From positions 11,656,001-11,720,000 of the forward strand of contig OX597823.1 of assembly GCA_951406725.2 (NCBI GenBank): a stretch of DNA of 64,000 bases, in the 5' to 3' direction. The stretch is from Octopus vulgaris. Lineage: Eukaryota. The translations under genes were made by a program, and so were the position numbers. Under the pieces are notes generated by a model, which saw only the letters and a list, made by a program, of their open reading frames with translations, searched no databases and had not been told where the DNA came from. Position 1 is the stretch's first letter. Every line of letters begins with the position of its first letter. Positions 53,690 to 64,000 of this stretch are shown here, piece after piece.

Positions 53690-53998
53690 CCCCAGGTGCC
53701 CCTCCTTTGGCTGTGAGTGGTATTGCACTTGACTCACGCAGACTCAACATTACCTGGAAGCCACCACCCCGCACCAAGCAAAACGGTGACATCACTGGCT
53801 ATAAGATAATGTATGTTGAAAATGATGGTGTTAAAACCAAAAATGATGCCTTAGTAGTTAATGTGGATGCAGATGTGAACTCTTATATATTGACTGACCT
53901 GTCAAAATGGACCCAATATAAGATATGGCTTCTAGCTTACACCAGCATTGGCGAGAGTCCTTCATCCCAACCCATCTTAGTGAGCACTGAAGAAGATG
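53690..53998 (+). CDS. Lar: LAR-family RPTP exon encoding FNIII repeat 4
   Basis: Acceptor cccttatcccctcAG, donor GATG|GTAGGT; 309 nt, phase 1-1. APGAPPLAVSGIALDSRRLNITWKPPPRTKQNGDITGYKIMY...LTDLSKWTQYKIWLLAYTSIGESPSSQPILVSTEED carries the LAR FN4 'L.KWT.Y.I...A.T..G' and 'T.ED' motifs. Confidence 0.95.
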
Positions 53999-54347
53999 GT
54001 AGGTACCAGAAAAATAATCCTCATTTTGAAGTGGCTTTGGGTGACTTAACATGCTTCTTAACAACTTTAGCTTATCAGACTTGGCTGAAGTGGTTTCAAA
54101 ATTTCAATTTTCTCTTCATTAACAATTAACTTATCCTAAGCATAAAATTCAAAACTTTGAATGTTGCATCATCCTATATCATCTAACAGTCTACTCCTAA
54201 CCATACTCCTTTTCCTTCAAGCTTTTAAAAACTTGATTTTAAAAAATATCTTTTCTGTTTTAATTTTTCCTCACTAACAATATCTATATTTCACCTAACA
54301 GGCAATAAAAAAAAAATCATGTTGTTTTGATTGTAGAATATTAAAAT

Positions 54348-54394
<47 letters not shown>

Positions 54395-56220
54395 GTGTAA
54401 TATACATAAGAAACATTATAGATATTGTAAAAACACTTGATGTATTTGAAAATCTAAATGTTAATGTAAAATTAAATCGAGTTAAAACATTGATGGTAAT
54501 AGCAAAAAACAGTACTCCCTAATAATAGATCTCTATCTAGTGTGTCTCACACACCAAGAATATGGAAACATAATGATCTGGTGTTAGGCAAAGTTATTTA
54601 AATGATCTTAAATTAAACTCATTAAATATTTTGTTGAAACATGATTTAGTTTAATAAAACCTAGGTTAAGAAAATAGATTGAACAATGGGTTGACTTTAT
54701 TAGTCTACATTCTTCTATGAAATACTTGAAATGTCTTTTGTGATATCATACCAGCATGTTCTCATCTTGTACGTATATATTTTCTTCTTCAAATGTGAGT
54801 AAAAATTACTTTGTAAAAAATGTTCCACATCACAAAATCCATTCTCTACGGTAGATTACTTCCAAAGAATTCTGGGATAGCAAATGAGGGAAGACAAACA
54901 TACTTTTTTTTTAGTCTATAGTTATCTTCATTCTTTTCCCTATTTTTCCTTTCTGTCATTTTAACTATTTTTGACACAGGTTCAGTATGCATTTACATTT
55001 TACTTGGAACAAAATGGTTTATGACAACTGACAAATAACATTTGGACAGTGACATGTGAAATATTTTATGTTCCTGTTATACTTTTTACCAAATATTGGA
55101 TCATATCAATTTCTTCAGGATGGTGTAGGGAAAACCTCTTAAAAATTGCTCATACTGTAAAACAAGCTCTTTAACAGTGCTTGCTATTTTCTATGTAGCT
55201 GCTAGTGATCAATCTGTGATCCAGTTTCAATTTCCTGTTGGAGTACATGCTCTTGCTTTAAGAAAAAGCATGGATGCTAGCTACTATCATCCAATTCTCT
55301 TCTCTGCTTAGGCATTTTCCTGCCTAACTAAACAAAGCTTGTGTATATTATATACTCATCTACGTGCCCCATTTAAAGTTTTATATTGTAGTTAGTAGTA
55401 TAGAAAGTTATGGCAAATGTTACTGAAACCATTTGTCAGTACTTGTTTCCTTCCAGAAAGCATATTTAAAATAATTTAGTAACATTTCTGTCTTTAAACT
55501 TAATGGAAGAAAAATAAACTATATTTCTGTTTAGGCTGATGATGGTGGCATTTTGTTATCTTATTGCTCCTTTTGAAATATGGTCTACCTCTAAATAATT
55601 TGATTGATTTCAATAAATAAATAAATAAAATGAAAAGTAATTTTTTTTTTGCTCATCTGTGAAACTCTTCTCAACTCCCATTAGAACTTCTGTGAAAAAC
55701 TAAATTCTCTGTTGTCCAGAAGCTATTTCTGTAATTTTCTTCTAATCTCTTTATATATAAAGTAAAACCATTTCATGTGTAGTTAGAAATCAGAGATAAA
55801 GATCACATCTTAAAGAAAAAAAAAAAAGATTACAGTTTTGAGCTACATCAAAGATCTTGGAGTTTACAAAGCACTTTCTTTTCCTTCTGTATATTTCTGT
55901 TTTGCTGTGCACTGACCAGTATATGTTGCACCACTTGTATCTGTTCCATTTATAACCTCTGCATAATTTTTTGTTAATTTTTCTAGAATATGTATTCCAC
56001 TCTATATTTCCCCCTACTCTTTTAATTATCCTTTATAAACTGTTGCTTTCTTACATTTAAACTTCAGTTATAAATCGGTATTTAATTAATCTTAGGGAAG
56101 ATTTCTGGATGTTTATAAAGTTCTTCATATAAACACCAACTGATCACTAGAACTTTGTAGAATATTCGATTCTTAGTTCAGTGGGACAAATATCAGTAGA
56201 AGATACTTAGATGAATTAGT

Positions 56221-56620
56221 TACTCTTTCTCTTTTACTCTTTTACTTGTTTCAGTCATTTGACTGCGGCCATGCTGGAGCACCGCCTTTAATCGAGCAAC
56301 TCGACCCCAGGACTTATTTTTTGTAAGCCCAGTACTTATTCTATCGGTCTCTTTTGCCGAACCGCTAAGTAACAGGGCATAAACGCACCAGCATCGATTG
56401 TCAAGCAATTCTAGGGGGACAAACACACACGCATATATATATATATATACATATATACAACGGGGTTCTTTCAGTTTCCGTCTACCAAATCCACTCGCAA
56501 GGCTTTGGTCAGCCCGAGGCTATAGTAGAAGACACTTGCCCAAGATGCCACGCAGTGGGACTGAACCCGGAACCATGTGGTTGGTAAACAAGCTACTTAC
56601 CACACAGCCACTCCTGCGCC
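56221..56620 (-). mobile_element. SINE family A copy
   Basis: Near-identical to 34013-34415. Confidence 0.88.
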
Positions 56621-56975
56621 TATTTGCAAGTTTTGTTATCAAATGAATGTGCGTAGGAATGTATTAGTGTATGTAATTGTCTCATCGGTTAAAGCTAAGG
56701 ACAATGTTCTAGGTTTGGGTATTAAATGTGAGGTTTATGATGAAGTACCATGGCTTGAACATGTAACTGTTATTTGCCTTCACTATGAACTTGTTTAGTA
56801 GACTAGTAAGTATACAATTACCAAAACCCTATTAAAAATGCTAGTGGTTACACTATCATCTACTCAAGAGGAACATTCAAATATGTTGAGCCAATTTGGT
56901 GGTACTACCTGCTTAGAAAAAGCAGCTAAATCTTCAATCTCGTCTTATCATCTTGAAGATAGGTAGGACATTTAA

Positions 56976-57189
56976 CCCTTTTGATACCAACCCGGCTGAA
57001 ACCGGCTCTGAGTACAAATGTCTTGTTTTCATAAGTTCTGAATTAAAATCTTCCACTAAACCTTAGACACAATTTATGTTCCTAACACTAGCTTAATGAC
57101 AACTAAGTTATTTTACTAAATTCTTTGTTATATTTAAAGTAATTGAAAGAAACACAGAGCATCTCAAAATAAATACAGTAATGAAAGGG
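56976..57189. mobile_element. piggyBac-like MITE family 1
   Basis: TTAA|CCCTTT ... AAAGGG|TTAA. Confidence 0.85.
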
Positions 57190-57899
57190 TTAAGGTAATC
57201 TAATTCCAAATAAATTTATACCTGAAAATAATATAGGGTAGCTCAGGTCGGAACACTATCGATCATAGGTTTGCATGATGAAAGCTGACTTGCAAAATGA
57301 GAAGCAAGTTTATTTAATTCTAATTTACATTCCAGTCTAGTTGACAGGTATAATACTTAGATAGGATATGTATTTGAAAACACTCATGCGTAGAATATTT
57401 TTGGTGATCTCAACCACTCTGTGTGTGTGCATGAATTTTAAAATAAAAACCATGCAGTTTTCTATTGATTTTTACTTACCTTACACATTTAGTTCCAATA
57501 ACAACATACTCTATAAATTGTTACCTGCTAGCTAGAATTTATTCTAAGAACCGATATATTGCTATATAAATTATTGCCAATATTAATTTTTAAGTTTTAA
57601 TTATTACATGCTAATTAGCCATGAGGTTAATTACAGTTCTATTTCATTATCTTTTGTATATCTTTCTGACTTTTAAACAGATGTTACTAATTTTATTAAT
57701 AATTATATTGTAGCAGCGATGTCAGCTTTTTGAAAATTTTTTTGTTTAACTTCTAATCATAAACAGTCAGTTAAAAAGAAATTCTCTAGATATAGGGGTA
57801 TAGTTGTGTGTGTGTATGTGTCTGTGTACATATAAACACTGGCTGGTGATACTTCAAAGTCTCTGTCAATAAAATTACGATATGTGTATATAATATGTA

Positions 57900-59987
57900 T
57901 ACATCATATATATATTAATGTGTTCATGTGTGTTAGCTTAATATTTGTTTTAATATTTCTGAGCACTGATCTGATATCTTGAACAAGGCTCAATTCTATT
58001 CTAGTTTTAGTCTTATCTTTTGATATACAGTTTAGGAGTTTCTTGCTTTGCAGCGATAACTTGTAGGAAATGTAATTGTTGATTCTAGTGTTGTCCTTGC
58101 AAGTCAAGTGTCTGCATGTCAAGAGATTAGAAGATAATTTTGCTGACTTAGTTACTTTGTAGTTCCAGCAACTTCTCTGTTTTCTGTTTTGTCTACAACC
58201 AATAAGAATGGTTGCCAGATCTAGTTTTCAAGTTTGCTTCAGCATGTACGTCTTCAGTATATTCTGAATTTCTGGCAGATGGTTAGCAATTCCTTCTTTC
58301 AATGATGGATCAGTTTGCAACTGTTCTCTGTTCCTCTCCCAAGAAACGCAGAGAAATTTCTTTTTTAGTTTGGCATTTCCAAAGTGAGACTTTTCTCTTA
58401 AATACTTCAACTCAGTCCAGACACTTTAACCTGTTTATATCAAATCATTGTGAGGCGAGGTTGGGTTCATTTAAATGGATGAGTATATTGTTGAGTAATG
58501 AGTATATACATTTGTATGTTGTCTGTTTGATAAGTAAACAATGTACAAAATGAGCTCACAGTTCTCAAACCTTGCTTCCAAATTCTTTCCTTATTTTAAG
58601 AGGAAAATGCCAATTTCCTCAGATACAATAACAACTAGCTTTGTAAAAGCTAGCACATTGTAATATGGAAAACTATAACTTAGCATTCACTTAATCACTC
58701 AATCTTATGGCTAAGATTTGCTTCAAATATCCATGACTTGAAATTTAAGCAGTAAAGTCACCATAACAATTGTATGTTGATGAAGTATGCAGTTGTAAGC
58801 TTTTATGTAAAGTACTCTTCTCTTTCACTAGTACTGCAAAACTAGTATTGTGTCCCATCATTACTGCTGCACCATCAATACACACAGATTCCAACACATT
58901 CCACTCTTGATAATTGCATTAAAAAAGAAGTATTATGAAGCAGTTGGAAAACATCAAGAGCTTTGGTAGTTGGTTGCACTTGTTCACAAAACAAAAGTTT
59001 ATCCTACAAAGTATAATTCTGTATATATTGCAAATGTATACAATCAATTCACTCACTTCTGAGATATCTGTTGAGTCACCCATTTGAATACTGATGGGAT
59101 ATGGGGGTCATTTCATTAGTCACTTGGGCAAAGACAATCCTTCCAGTGACTCAGATTTAGTGACATTATCATTGAGTAGAATGTGTTGGATATTCTTGGC
59201 TGCTCTATGTCCAACGACAAGTTCTGCTTCATTCAGGGAGTATGATTTAACAATCTTTTCTGGTGCATAGAACAACTATTTTCTTAATACAAATATTTGT
59301 CACTTTAAACAGGATGTGTTATATTATTTTTCATGAAATGCAAAATGCAAGATGAGGAAGAGTTCCCTCTTTTTACTGTATCAGACATTTGGGGAAGTTT
59401 TTCAATCTTGCAGGTCTTAAATTTGAATAACTCTTAATGAAGTTGCAAAACATATTTGGTACTTGATTATTGCAGCCAAAGTTGTCTTTGATAGATGTGA
59501 ATCCATACTCAACTGTTGCTGTGTTTCTTGACTTTGACAGCACACACAGACAGTGAATCGGATTACTGTTAAAATCAAAATTTCTAGCACTACCCATTAT
59601 GCAAAACAAACAAATAATTTTCTATCTATGAGAGTAGGTCCATTGGTTATTCTCAGCTAAGGATATAAACTATAAAAGGCTGGAGTTTAATAGAGAATGT
59701 GATAAAAATCAGATAGGTGAATAGGGAACAACCCAACCAAGCTATATAGGTGCATGCTCAGAGGTAGGCTAAGAAAAATACAATTACATGCAAGTTGTGA
59801 TGTAGAAGAGCAGTGACAACAGTGTTATGATATTAGCAAAGAGTGCGAGTTGTGAAAACGTAAATAAAAAAAACAAAACAAGCTGTGGGCAAATTAGGTC
59901 ATCTACTCCCCATCATAAAGATAATGTAATGGGACCATTTCCAGCACCTCACCAATGAATTTTAGCACCCCAAATTGTGAAACACTG
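57900..59987 (-). mobile_element. Decayed hAT (Buster/Charlie-type) DNA transposon
   Basis: Minus strand SIQMGDSTDISEVSELIVYI...KLLFCEQVQPTTKALDVFQ...SVCIDGAAVMMGHNTSFAVLVKE, like Buster 'LQLDESTD...EFLFC..L.TTTKG.D.F...VCTDGA.AM.G...GF..LVK'. Terminus reads CAGTGTTTCACAA at 59975-59987. Left boundary approximate. Confidence 0.7.
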
Positions 59988-60109
59988 CTCTACGTGTCCA
60001 TTCAACCTGCTAGAAATAGCTGTGAATCTTCCTCAGGTCACACCCTATCATCTTAAAAAAGAAAAGATAATGTAATCCTAGACACACTATTTTTTTCTTT
60101 CTATTGCCT

Positions 60110-60341
60110 ATTTCTTTACTACCCACAAGGGGCTACACACAGAAGGGACAAACAAGGACAGACAAACGGATTATGTCGATTATATCGACCCCAGTGTGTA
60201 ACTGGTACTTATTTAATCGACCCCGAAAGGATGAAAGGCAAAGTCAACCTTGGTGGAATTTGAACTCAGAACGTAACAGCAGACGAAATACAGTTAAGCA
60301 TTTCGCCCGGCGTGCTAACGTTTCTGCCAGCTCGCCGCCTT
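60110..60341 (-). mobile_element. SINE family C, full length with 12-bp TSD
   Basis: Reverse complement of 36170-36402; TSD TTTCTATTGCCT at 60098-60109 and 60345-60356. Confidence 0.9.
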
Positions 60342-62316
60342 ATTTTTCTATTGCCTTCTACAATTGGACTGCAGCCATGCTGAATCAGCATCAGTTTTAA
60401 TTGATCTACTATTCCCAGTATTCATTTCATTCAGACTGCATTTTATTTTATTGGTGTCTATATCAAACTGCTAACCTGCAATACCAATTTCATTTTGACT
60501 TGTGGCAGCCGTGATACAGCCACACATATCTATGACTGGTTTCTGTACAGTTTCTGCTAACCAAATTTCACTTACAGGATACAGCTTAACTTCAGGCTAT
60601 AGTAAGACACTTGCCTAAGATACTGTGCTCTGAGATTGAATCCATAACCATGTAATTATGAAACTATCTTCTTAGCTACGCAAGCCATGACTGTGTCTGT
60701 GCCTCGACCTTCTGTCTTCAAGAGAAGAATTGGACAATCAGTGTTACAACACTTTTGTTTATAGGACTCCATAAGCAGAGATAATTTAGGGTTAAACTTT
60801 AGTTGATTTATGCATAGGTAGTAAATTATTTCATGTAGACATTTGCACAATCATGTTCACACCTGGGGAGAGGACTAGAAATTATGGGATGTTGAGAGGG
60901 CCTGTATGTGATTATTTGACTTGCTAGAAATAGCAGTCAGTAAACTAGATTTCATCACATAGCTTATATGTAATCCATTACTTAACAGCACTATTTTCAC
61001 TACGTGCTCCTCATGTGCCTTTAAGAGAGTTCAGTCTATTACCAACATCCATACCAAATCCCTATAGAGGCTTTGCTCTCCACTCCTGCTTCTTTTACTT
61101 AACATGCATATATTCTGGCTGGGCACCAACCTCTACGTTTCTCCCTTATTTAGAAGAGCCTAAGTTATGACTGCTCTCTTTGCTCCTCCTCCTCTCAAAC
61201 CCCACCTTTTCATAAATGTATTTCTAATGAAACAATTTTTTTTCCTCTTTTAATGGTTTCAACCATTGGACTTCTATCATACTGGGGCACTACTTTCAAG
61301 AATTTCAGTTGATTATGTCAGCCCTAGTGCTAATTTCACTATTATTTTATTTCATAAATCTCTGTTTGTTGAATTATGGGGAAAAAATAAAAACATTCTT
61401 TTGACAGTTGTTTAAACATAAATTGAAATAGATACACACGCAAGCACAACAAATATCTACTATTTCTGTATATCATATTCCACTCACAAGGTATTGGACA
61501 ATTCCCAGGCTGCAGTGGAAGATACTTGCTGAAGTGTCTCTCAGGGGGATCAAAGATTCAGTAAAATAACTAACTTTTAATATTAAGATAGTGTAAGGCA
61601 GTGAGCTGGCAGAATTGTTAGCACACCTGGGAAAATGCTTGGCTGCATTTTGTCCATCTTTATATTCTGAGTTCAGATTCTGCCAAGGTCAACTTGCCTC
61701 ATTCCCTGAAATTGCTGGTCTTATGCCAAAATTTGTAACGAATATCAAGACTGTGTTACAATATTGACTACCACCAGACCAAATCAGTAAAAAAAATACA
61801 GTGAAGACTTCTCTGAGTATGTGTGTACATGTGTATGCAAGAGAATGGTTATAACAATAACTTGGTTGCTAATGTAACACAGTGTGTGCTTGTGTAGGAA
61901 AATATAACCATATGAATTCTTTAAATTTTCTGAGAAATGGAGCTATCTCCAGTCTGTTGGAATCAAACACACTGATGTTGAATAAACTGACAGTAAACCA
62001 TTGAGTTTATATCATTAAATAATTGTTCTGTTGTTATGGGAGAGTTTATATCTATTCGTATTCTTTGATAAGATATTGAAAATAACGGCTATAAATGATA
62101 TTACACTGTAACTGATTCTGATGGATATTTAATAAGCTCTATTAAAAATATCTATATGTTAGTATGTCAATTTTTTCAACTTTAAATTTTGTGTAAAACT
62201 GTATAATTAAGTATAAAGGAGACATTAGTTTATGCTTGAGTTTTAACAGTTGTTCAGTTTGTTTGCATACCAGTGTATATAGGTGTGTTTATATGAATGT
62301 ATATATGTATACATTC

Positions 62317-62551
62317 AAGGTGACGAGCTGGTAGAAACATTAGCACGCCGGGCGAAATGTTTAGCGGTATTTCGTCTGTCGTTACGTTGTGGGTTCAAAT
62401 TCCACCGAGGTCGACTTTGCCTTTCATCCTTTCGGGGTCGATAAATTAAGTACCAGTTACGCACTGGGTCGATGTAATCAACTTAACACATTATGTCTGT
62501 CCTTGTTTGTCCCCTCTATGTTTAGCCCCTTGTGGGTAATAAAGAAATAGG
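62317..62551 (+). mobile_element. SINE family C copy followed by a short family D end (62552-62606)
   Basis: Near-identical to 36170-36402. Confidence 0.88.
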
Positions 62552-63702
62552 TCATCATCATCATCATCATCATCGTTTAACGTCCGTTTTCCGCGCTAGC
62601 ACGGGTATAGATAGAAATAGAAATACATATCTGTGCGTATGCATGGGTGTGTGACTGTGTATAGATAGATTGATTGGTTTAAACACATGCAGACCAGTGT
62701 GGTTATATTCACACTGAATGCTTTTCTTATTAGTACTAATAATTAGCATTTACTTTTTACAGTAGTTCTATAGCAGCTCTGTATAAAAGGAAAACAGTAC
62801 AAATGCAAGAATAATAATACTTTAATCAATAAAATACTCAATATGAATTTTGCCATAATGCAATATCAGTTTCACAAGACTTTTGATTGCACATCAGGTT
62901 TCATACTAAACGTATATACAATGAAGAATAAATTAATTTAATATTCTAATTAAAAAACAAAGTGAAGCCTTTATTAAGTTGCTAGACTAATGGGATAATT
63001 TTTCTCTAATTCCTGCATGTTTCCTTACCATGGTGTTGGTTCCTAGCTGCCTTTTAACTTTCATTTAATCAAAATTATATTGAAATGATGTATTGTTTTT
63101 CATGGGTGTAAACAACAGTTATTTAAAGCGGGACATTTTACAATTATTTTAAATGCATGGAGGCTTTCTTTTTTCTTAACTTTATTTATTATTATTATTT
63201 TTTTTTTTTTTTTTTTTTTCCAATTTTTATGTAAGTATGGTTAGCTGTCTAACATGTTTTCTGTTTATTTTTTTCCAAATTGTTATTTTTTTTTTCCAGT
63301 GTATTATATTTATCTAAGCATGATATAAAAGATATCTGATATGCCTATCTTTTTTAAATAAATACAGTCTGATAGTAGTTAAGATCCTTTGTGTTTTATC
63401 TTAGTTTTTGTAATGCTAAACAGTTCATGAATTCCTAGGAGTTAAGCATGTCATTTGTCCAATTTTTCTCATTGATGCATGTGCTACAGTAGATCATGTA
63501 TGCATACATATTTGACCATATATGACGTATCCTACGTTTTATCTTTTGTCATTACTATTAACAGTGATAATCTAGGAAAAAGAAAGATATAGAGATAGAC
63601 TATTCTCTCCACTAACTACACTTAGCACATGTAACATGTTAGTAATCCACTAAATATACTGTCAGACTAACAGCAAGGATCTTACCCATCTTTACACTCT
63701 AG

Positions 63703-64000
63703 TTCCTGGAGAACCACGGAAAATACGAGCTGAACCCATCAATTCTACTGCTGTGTTTATTGAATGGAAACATCCTTCCTCCAAAAATAGAAATGGTATA
63801 ATACGGGGTTATCAAATACAGTATGTCGAAGTAGATGACCATGATCAACAATCAGGTGACCTCCGCATGACCGATACCACTGATGGCGATAAAACTGAGT
63901 ATGTGATTACCAATTTAGAGCCGGATACTAGGTACCAGTTTACTGTTGCGGCATATACTCGAAAAGGAGATGGAATACGAAGCAGAGCAAAAATAGTGGA
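63703..64000 (+). CDS. Lar: LAR-family RPTP exon encoding FNIII repeat 5; runs off the window end and is absent from the ORF track
   Basis: Acceptor ctttacactctAG, phase 1. Hand translation VPGEPRKIRAEPINSTAVFIEWKHPSSKNRNGIIRGYQIQYVEVDDHDQQSGDLRMTDTTDGDKTEYVITNLEPDTRYQFTVAAYTRKGDGIRSRAKIV matches LAR FN5 'VPSGPPRKVEVEAVNSTSV..W...GQIRGYQVHY...L.PET.Y..TV.AYT.KGDGARS'. Confidence 0.95.

Noticed and set aside
54980-54984. acAG|GTTCA|GTATGC after a long pyrimidine tract
   Set aside because: 5 nt would shift the frame; no other support.
63231-63236. Perfect GTAAGT donor-like hexamer after a poly-T run
   Set aside because: No AG acceptor upstream at a position that defines a plausible exon.

Overview
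AT-rich, intron-dominated animal genomic DNA. Its tRNA-derived SINEs and long (TA)n/(CA)n tracts look like an octopus (coleoid cephalopod) genome; this assignment is an inference. The only host gene is the middle of a + strand LAR-family (type IIa) receptor protein tyrosine phosphatase. Five exons with canonical AG/GT boundaries and consistent phases (8942-9042, 15771-15972, 45303-45587, 53690-53998, 63703->64000) encode FNIII repeats 2-5. The rest is intron filled with SINEs, TTAA- and TA-flanked MITEs, fossils of mariner, hAT, CR1, RTE and Penelope-like elements, and microsatellites. Nearly all ORFs in the supplied track are repeat artefacts. The most interesting signal is in the 29-kb FN2-FN3 intron. 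It holds several frame-preserving phase-1 microexon candidates (best: 30 nt at 23864-23893 and 6 nt at 28647-28652; weaker: 39, 18 and 3 nt). It also holds two GC/CTG-rich islands: one reads as an in-frame terminal exon ending in a GPI-signal-like hydrophobic tail, the other contains a signal-peptide-like ORF and a hairpin over a 3' splice site. Together these suggest an isoform-switching cassette at a linker where vertebrate LAR-RPTP mini-exons (meA-D) are not known. Two decayed Penelope-type hammerhead ribozyme motifs are also visible. All alternative-exon calls are sequence-only predictions that need RNA evidence.
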